From Bacillota bacterium (GTDB lineage: Bacteria; Bacillota_I; Bacilli_A; RF39; UBA660), in assembly GCA_015059495.1 (NCBI GenBank), contig SVAI01000001.1, forward strand, positions 435,246 to 499,245: a DNA stretch of 64,000 nt, read 5' to 3'. A program made the position numbers and the translations under genes. Shown in pieces: positions 57,902-64,000 of this stretch (the first letter of the stretch is position 1; each line of letters starts with the position of its first letter). The notes beneath the pieces were generated by a model. It worked only from the letters and a program-made list of their open reading frames with translations. It did not search any database and was not told the DNA's origin.

Positions 57902-59164
57902 TTAGTCCTTAAATTGGAACACATAGTCTTCAATTACAACATCATCGCCTCTTTTAGCTCCTGCTTCTTCTAAGGCTTCTTCAACACCCATATTCTTTAA
58001 TTTCTTAGCAAATCTAATGACACTTTCTTCTTCATTAAATTTAGTCATCTTAAATAATCTTGATATTTTTTCACCACTAACTAACCAAGCATCATCTAAT
58101 TTCTCAATAGTAAATGGTACTTCTTCTTCAAATTTATAAACCTTCTCTTGAACTATTTCAACTTCTTCAGGTTCTACAGTATCTAAAATATCAGCTAACT
58201 TCTTAACTAATTCTTCTACACCATCTAAACTATAAGCACTTATTGGAATAATATCTAGATTTGGATATTCCTTTTTAAATCTTTCTAAGTTATCTTTAGC
58301 ATCAGGTAAATCCATCTTATTAGCAATAACTACTAACTTTTTCTTATCTAAATTATGCCCATACTTTTCGATTTCATTTTGAATTACTTTAAAATCTTCT
58401 ACTGGATTTCTTAATTCTTCAGCTCCCATATCAACTACATGAGCAATAACTTTAGTACGAGAAGCATGTCTTAAGAATTTTAAACCTAAACCTAAACCCT
58501 CAGATGCACCTTCAATTAAACCAGGTAAATCAGCCATAACAAAGTTTCTACCATCTTTTAATTTAACTACACCTAAATTAGGATTTAATGTAGTAAAGTG
58601 ATAAGCAGCAATCTTTGGTTTAGAAGCACTAATAACAGAAAGTATAGTTGACTTACCAACTGATGGTAATCCAACTAAACCAACATCAGCTAAAACTTTT
58701 AACTCGCACTTAACTTGTTTTACTTCACCAGGTTCACCATTTTCACTAATTCTTGGTGCTGGATTATCATGTGTAGCAAAGGCTGCATTTCCTTTTCCAC
58801 CTCTACCACCTTTAGCAACAACAAATTGTTGTTTATCTTCAACTAAATCACAAATAAACTCTCCAGTTTCTGCGTCTGTAACAGTAGTTCCTTGTGGTAC
58901 TTTAATAATAACATCTTCAGCGTTAGCACCAGTTCTATCACTACCCTTACCATTAACACCCTTATCACCTTTAATTATTTTATGATATCTTAAATCAACT
59001 AAAGTTTTAAGTCCTTTTTCAACTTCAAAAATAATGCTAGCACCTCTACCACCATTTCCACCATCTGGACCTAAATTAGGCATACACTTTTCATGATGGA
59101 AAGAAGTACATCCATCTCCACCATTACCAGCTATTAATTTTACTACGATTTCATCTACAAACAT
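57902..59164 (-). CDS. obg: GTPase Obg/CgtA
   Basis: N-terminal Gly-rich Obg fold (MFVDEIVVKLIAGNGGDGCTSFHHEK...), GTPase motifs GLPSVGKST, DLPG and NKMD, and a C-terminal OCT domain. Confidence 0.9.
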   Translation of the reverse strand: MFVDEIVVKLIAGNGGDGCTSFHHEKCMPNLGPDGGNGGRGASIIFEVEKGLKTLVDLRYHKIIKGDKGVNGKGSDRTGANAEDVIIKVPQGTTVTDAETGEFICDLVEDKQQFVVAKGGRGGKGNAAFATHDNPAPRISENGEPGEVKQVKCELKVLADVGLVGLPSVGKSTILSVISASKPKIAAYHFTTLNPNLGVVKLKDGRNFVMADLPGLIEGASEGLGLGLKFLRHASRTKVIAHVVDMGAEELRNPVEDFKVIQNEIEKYGHNLDKKKLVVIANKMDLPDAKDNLERFKKEYPNLDIIPISAYSLDGVEELVKKLADILDTVEPEEVEIVQEKVYKFEEEVPFTIEKLDDAWLVSGEKISRLFKMTKFNEEESVIRFAKKLKNMGVEEALEEAGAKRGDDVVIEDYVFQFKD

Positions 59165-59251
59165 AAATCAATCACCGCCAAGATTATACCATAAACATGC
59201 TTATTTTTAAACTATTTTGTTTATTTTAATATAATATATTAGGTGATACTT

Positions 59252-59470
59252 ATGAATAACAATCTTTTTAATTTGCCTAAAATAATTGATTCATTAAATA
59301 AAGGATTAACTTTATTCTCTAAAGCAATACCAGTCTATCAAAAAATAAAACCTATAATATCTAATAAAGATTATCTAAATAATATCCTAAATTTAATAAA
59401 TAAAGATAATAAAGAAGAGGAAAAAGAAACAAAAAAAGTAGATAATAACTTACCTACATTCTTTCAATAA
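59252..59470 (+). CDS. possible small protein (72 aa from ATG at 59252); may be spurious
   Basis: AGGTGA RBS 6 nt upstream of ATGAATAAC. Lys/Asn-rich with no motif. It is the only plus-strand ORF in a minus-strand block. Confidence 0.2.
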   Translation: MNNNLFNLPKIIDSLNKGLTLFSKAIPVYQKIKPIISNKDYLNNILNLINKDNKEEEKETKKVDNNLPTFFQ

Positions 59471-60100
59471 TTTTTTAAGTAACATAACATTACTTTTTAA
59501 TTCATTTATTAAATCAGTATTAGTCTTAGGAATCTTTTTTAATATATCACTATAATATTCAATTAAATAAGTATAGTAATCTATTTTATCTTCTCTTATA
59601 AGACCAAATCTAATTTCTTCATTAGTATTCTTTTTTTGTCCTTTAACAAATTTACAAATAACATAATATATATCATTTTCATATACAGTTATTTCATCTT
59701 CTAAATAATACCCCATATTATTAATGCAACTTCTTAAGATATCCAAATCATTATTAGATTGAATTACAAGTTTATTAATAGTATTCTTTTTCTTTAAATC
59801 ACTAAGTATTTTTATTATTGTTTGAGTACCCATACCACTAATAGAGATGGCATTATATTTTTTTATCTTAATATTTTTTATACCATCTGTTAAAAGTGTA
59901 TTTATCTCTAATTGATATTTCTTAATATTTTCAATTGCATTATTTAAAGCACTTTTTCTTAAATCAGTTAATAATAAATCATTTACTTTATTATTCTTCT
60001 TTAAATAAATACCTAAATAACCATGATCACAACCAACATCAATTAAATTATCATTACTATCTATAAATTTAGCTATTGCTAATAATCTTTTACTATTCAT
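59450..60100 (-). CDS. trmK: tRNA (adenine22-N1)-methyltransferase TrmK-like
   Basis: SAM-binding LIDVGCDHGYLGIYL motif near the N-terminus. Located immediately downstream of sigA as B. subtilis trmK (yqfN) is. Confidence 0.7.
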   Translation of the reverse strand: MNSKRLLAIAKFIDSNDNLIDVGCDHGYLGIYLKKNNKVNDLLLTDLRKSALNNAIENIKKYQLEINTLLTDGIKNIKIKKYNAISISGMGTQTIIKILSDLKKKNTINKLVIQSNNDLDILRSCINNMGYYLEDEITVYENDIYYVICKFVKGQKKNTNEEIRFGLIREDKIDYYTYLIEYYSDILKKIPKTNTDLINELKSNVMLLKKLLKECR

Positions 60101-61401
60101 TAATCAGTTAAGAAATCCCTTAATTTTCTAGCACGAGATGGATGTCTTAGTTTTCTTAAAGCCTTAGCTTCAATTTGTCTAATTCTTTCTCTTGTTACAT
60201 TAAATTTCTTACCAACTTCTTCTAGGGTATGAGAAGTTCCATCTTTAAGTCCAAAACGTAATTCTAATACTTCTTTTTCTCTATCTTGTAAAGTATCTAA
60301 TACATTTTTAATTTCTTCTTTTAATATTTCATTAGTAGCATATTCTTCAGGAGACATATTAGATTCATCTTGAATAAAATCTCCTAAATGTGAATCATCT
60401 TCTTCACCAATAGGTGTTTCTAAAGATACAGGATCTTGGCTTATCTTCATAACTTCTCTAACTTTATCTACAGAAATACCCATCTTCTTAGATAACTCTT
60501 CTTCAGATGGTTCTCTATTTAATTCTAAAGTCATTTGTCTTTGAATTCTAGCCATCTTATTGATTGTTTCAACCATATGTACTGGAACACGAATTGTTCT
60601 AGCTTGATCTGCTAAAGCACGAGTAATCGCTTGTCTAATCCACCATGTAGCATATGTAGAGAACTTAAATCCTTTATCATAATCGAACTTTTCTACAGCT
60701 TTCATTAAGCCAATATTACCTTCTTGGATTAAGTCTAAGAAAAGTAATCCTCTACCAACATAACGTTTAGCAATAGATACAACTAAACGTAAGTTAGATT
60801 CAGCTAGTACTCTTTTAGCTTCTTCATCACCATTAGCAGCTTTAACAGAATATTCTAATTCTTGTTCAGCAGTTAAAAGTGGAATTCTACCAATTTCTTT
60901 TAAATACATTCTAACTGGATCATTGATATTAACATCTTTAGTGATTTCTTCATCACTTAACATTACTGATTCTTCTTCTTGAATTTCTTTATTTTTTTCT
61001 TCATCAGCAACTACTTCGATATGATTTTCTACTAATACATTATAAATTTCATCTAAATTATCTGCATCAATATCTAATCCTTTTAATGCAGCAGCTAAGT
61101 CTTCAAAAGTTAAATGTCCTTTTTCTTTACCTAACTTAATTAATTCTTCTTCTCTTTCTTTTAACCCTTTGATTTCAGTAATTTTACCTACCTTAGCTTT
61201 AACTTTCTTAGTTTCTTCAGTAGCATCACCATCATCAATTACAATATTATTTTCTTCTAAAAAATTATTAATATGTGATAATACTTCCTCATTGATTTCT
61301 ATATCACCTAAAGCATTTCTTAATTCTTCTTGTGTTAAGCTTCCTTTTTCTTTACCTAACTTTAATATATTTTTTTCAACAGTTTTAATTCCTTTAATCA
61401 T
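60100..61401 (-). CDS. sigA: RNA polymerase sigma factor SigA/RpoD
   Basis: Regions 1.1-4 present: [87 protein letters not shown]. Overlaps the dnaG stop (dnaG-sigA operon). Confidence 0.9.
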   Translation of the reverse strand: MIKGIKTVEKNILKLGKEKGSLTQEELRNALGDIEINEEVLSHINNFLEENNIVIDDGDATEETKKVKAKVGKITEIKGLKEREEELIKLGKEKGHLTFEDLAAALKGLDIDADNLDEIYNVLVENHIEVVADEEKNKEIQEEESVMLSDEEITKDVNINDPVRMYLKEIGRIPLLTAEQELEYSVKAANGDEEAKRVLAESNLRLVVSIAKRYVGRGLLFLDLIQEGNIGLMKAVEKFDYDKGFKFSTYATWWIRQAITRALADQARTIRVPVHMVETINKMARIQRQMTLELNREPSEEELSKKMGISVDKVREVMKISQDPVSLETPIGEEDDSHLGDFIQDESNMSPEEYATNEILKEEIKNVLDTLQDREKEVLELRFGLKDGTSHTLEEVGKKFNVTRERIRQIEAKALRKLRHPSRARKLRDFLTD

Positions 61402-63169
61402 TTTTTACACTCCCTTGTTTAATCACTGCTATTTCTTCTAATAACTTCTTTTTCTTATCTATATCTAGTTCTAACTTAATTTGTTCCTTAATTTTCTTAA
61501 TTCTTAATTCACTACTCTTTTGATTTAAAACTTTGATATAGTTTATAAACTCTAACTCATTTAATTCACTATCATTAGCATCTATTATTTCAAATACCAC
61601 TTTACCTAACTTTTCATTAGTTTGAATATATGAAATAAAATCCGCCACATTTATTGTTTGATTCTTTTCACTATAATATACTATTTCATTAGCTATATCT
61701 CTATATAACTTATCTTCAAAGAATCCTATTTTATTTTGATATAACTTAATATATTTTATATCATTCATCATATAAAATAATATCTTTCTAATCGCTATAT
61801 CAATTCCATTAAGTTTCTTTACTTCCTTTTTATCACTAACAAATATCTCTTTAGCTATCTTTTCTTCTTTATTTAAACTATCTAGTTTATTTTTTAATAT
61901 ATCTAATGAAATATTATATTCAGTTGATATTTTATTTAAAGTAACTTCTTTTAATATTGGATCTTTAATATTACTTACATCAACAATTATTTTATTAATA
62001 TATGTTGCTAATTCTTCAGTATTATTAATATTAATTTCTTTCTTTTGTGCTTTTATTTTAAAATCAATATAATCAATTGCATTACTAATATTATCTTTAA
62101 AAGCATCAATACCTTTATTAATAATATATTCATCTGGATCTTTATAATCTGATAATCTAACAACTTGAACATTAATATCATTTTTAGTTAATAGATCACC
62201 ATTTACTAATGTTGCTTTTTCACCAGCACTATCACCATCTAAACATAAAATAACTTTAACATTTAATCTTTTAATTAGATTTATTTGATTTTGTGTTAAT
62301 GCAGTACCACCTAAAGCAACAACGTTTTCTAAACCAGATGAGTAAACTCTAATTGCATCCATCTGACCTTCAACAATTATTATTTGTTTTTCCTTTTTAG
62401 ATGGTCCTCTAGCCTTATAATAATTAAATAAATTATTACCTTTAGTAAATATTAATGTTTCTTTAGTATTAACATATTTAGATGTATCTTTTTCTCCACG
62501 ATAGATTCTTGCAGAAAAACCTACAACATTTCCTTCAATATCTAATATCGGAAATACAACTCTACCTTTAAAGAAATCATACACTTGATCATTAACTATT
62601 GTTACAAGTCCAAGTGACTCAAGTAAATCAGCACTATAACCTTTACTATGTAACAATTTAAAAAGATCATCTTTACCATCAAGAGCTAAACCAATTTGGA
62701 AGTCATTAATGATCTTTTCATCAATTTTTCTATCCTTTAAATATTTTTTAGCTTCAATACCACTTGATGTATTCAAATTATTTTGAAAGAACATAGTTGC
62801 TAAATTTAAAATGTCATGTTCTTTTTTATGTTTATCTACTCTTTGTACTGATATATCATTTTTTAAATGATAATCAATCTTTTCTGCTACTATTTTTACA
62901 GCTTCAACAAATGAAACTTTTTCATAGTTTTGAACAAAAGTAAATACATTACCACCTTCACCACAAGCAAAGCACTTATAAATCTGTCTTGAAACAGATA
63001 TAGACATACTTGGTGAATGATCATTATGGAAAGGACAAACACATACATAGTCTTTACCCTTTTTAATAACTTCAATGCCATAACTTGATATTATATCTAC
63101 TATATTAGCTTTAGATCTTATATCATTTAACTCTTCATTGTCTACATAAGCCATAAAAACATCCCTCAC
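61394..63169 (-). CDS. dnaG: DNA primase
   Basis: Zinc-ribbon [20 protein letters not shown] domain ([10 protein letters not shown]...CLDGDSAG), C-terminal DnaB-interaction region. Confidence 0.9.
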   Translation of the reverse strand: MRDVFMAYVDNEELNDIRSKANIVDIISSYGIEVIKKGKDYVCVCPFHNDHSPSMSISVSRQIYKCFACGEGGNVFTFVQNYEKVSFVEAVKIVAEKIDYHLKNDISVQRVDKHKKEHDILNLATMFFQNNLNTSSGIEAKKYLKDRKIDEKIINDFQIGLALDGKDDLFKLLHSKGYSADLLESLGLVTIVNDQVYDFFKGRVVFPILDIEGNVVGFSARIYRGEKDTSKYVNTKETLIFTKGNNLFNYYKARGPSKKEKQIIIVEGQMDAIRVYSSGLENVVALGGTALTQNQINLIKRLNVKVILCLDGDSAGEKATLVNGDLLTKNDINVQVVRLSDYKDPDEYIINKGIDAFKDNISNAIDYIDFKIKAQKKEININNTEELATYINKIIVDVSNIKDPILKEVTLNKISTEYNISLDILKNKLDSLNKEEKIAKEIFVSDKKEVKKLNGIDIAIRKILFYMMNDIKYIKLYQNKIGFFEDKLYRDIANEIVYYSEKNQTINVADFISYIQTNEKLGKVVFEIIDANDSELNELEFINYIKVLNQKSSELRIKKIKEQIKLELDIDKKKKLLEEIAVIKQGSVKND

Positions 63170-63261
63170 TTATATATATTATAGGTATGTGCCCAATTTC
63201 CTTTATTTTTAACGAAAAAAATGCAAAAAATTCAATTTTTGCACTTAAATTTGACACAATT

Positions 63262-63972
63262 TTACACTTTTTGCCTAATTTTAACTCTAATTTTATTAAT
63301 TATTATTCCAACTATTATTATTAATAATGTAATAAATATAACATAAAATATTACTTGACTATTATCTACACTCTTGTCATTTTCTTTACTCTCAGAGTAC
63401 ACTAAAGCACCCTTATTATCACTGTCAACTCCTATATTCATAGCAAGTAATGTATTATCTTCTATTTTTTGACTATTTTCAGGCGTTTTAACAGCTTTTT
63501 TACTATTATTTATAGATTTAGTTATATTTTTATTATTTACGTCTATAACACTCTCTTTTTTATCTTCAATTATAATAGGTACTTCTTCTTTAATTGGTAT
63601 GGTTATTTCTTCTTTAATTGGTATTTCTCCAACAATAGATTCTTCTTCTTTTATAGGTATTTCATCAATAATCGGTTCTTCTTTAATTACTTCATCAATA
63701 ATTGGTTCTTTTTCTATAACTGGTTGTTCTTCCTTGATTGGTTCTTCTATAATAGGTTGTTCTATAACCGGTTCTTCTTTTTTTATAAACTCATTAACTA
63801 ATACCAAGTCTATATCATCTTGAACATCTAAATCATACCTATCTATCTTAATATAATCACCATCTACAGTTTCCTGTCTAATAAAATATTTACCAGATAA
63901 AACATTAAATAATGCTTTACCATAATAATTAGTATTTAAACATTCCATTTGTAAATATTTATAATCATACAA
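63262..63972 (-). CDS. hypothetical C-terminally membrane-anchored protein with E/P/I-rich tandem repeats
   Basis: The central region is made of (E)EPII(D)E(V/I)(P)IKEE repeats. A C-terminal TM (VIFYVIFITLLIIIVGIIINKI) is present. The start is near the window edge and may extend upstream. Confidence 0.4.
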   Translation of the reverse strand: MYDYKYLQMECLNTNYYGKALFNVLSGKYFIRQETVDGDYIKIDRYDLDVQDDIDLVLVNEFIKKEEPVIEQPIIEEPIKEEQPVIEKEPIIDEVIKEEPIIDEIPIKEEESIVGEIPIKEEITIPIKEEVPIIIEDKKESVIDVNNKNITKSINNSKKAVKTPENSQKIEDNTLLAMNIGVDSDNKGALVYSESKENDKSVDNSQVIFYVIFITLLIIIVGIIINKIRVKIRQKV

Positions 63973-64000
63973 ACATAATAAAGTATTTCTAACTAGATTA

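Noticed and set aside
61169-61441. 90 aa plus-strand ORF
   Set aside because: Antisense to the sigA N-terminus and dnaG stop.
62896-63823. ORFs 62896-63081 (-), 63469-63801 (+) and 63599-63823 (+)
   Set aside because: The first is an alternative frame inside dnaG. The other two are antisense frames generated by the tandem repeats of the 63262-63972 gene (F/N/Y-rich and S/I/G-rich low complexity).

Overview
This is a 64 kb, extremely AT-rich window (roughly 25% GC by eye). Codon use and gene order look like a low-GC Firmicutes chromosome, Clostridia/Erysipelotrichia-like. Sporulation-type genes are present: YlmC/YmxH, YqfC/YqfD and a SigF/SigG-family sigma factor. TGA is not obviously read as Trp. 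Almost every gene is on the minus strand.

Recognisable housekeeping blocks:
- tkt and a GT28 glycolipid synthase.
- lspA-rluD.
- comEA-comEC ... holA.
- def; rnc-smc; yidD.
- A tyrS operon behind a T-box leader.
- recO-era-ybeY ... yqfD-yqfC; yqeY-rpsU.
- An ABC exporter; miaB.
- A second RpoD-like sigma, then obg, trmK, sigA and dnaG.
- Four tRNAs: Ser-GCT, Glu-UUC, Ile-GAU and Glu-CUC.

The unusual content is a six-member family of large secreted proteins. All share an N-terminal SipW-cognate-type signal peptide followed by a TasA/camelysin-like domain, fused to varied C-terminal modules including DUF285/26-residue surface repeats. They sit in two clusters, 4.6-9.8 kb and 40-44.9 kb. Two adjacent paralogs share a ~434 bp almost identical cassette. 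A LexA-like repressor with a degenerate protease site sits convergent with the first cluster, and a LexA C-terminal remnant sits between two of the paralogs.

Other notable items:
- A Tad/Flp-like secretion ATPase module co-oriented with the SigF/G-like sigma.
- A DUF1016 PD-(D/E)xK nuclease plus a small unknown gene inserted between comEC and holA.
- An orphan HerA-like ATPase in a tRNA-rich stretch of unknown genes.
- Two principal-type sigma paralogs sharing a near-identical 3' DNA tract.

No CRISPR array, transposase or integrase was seen.
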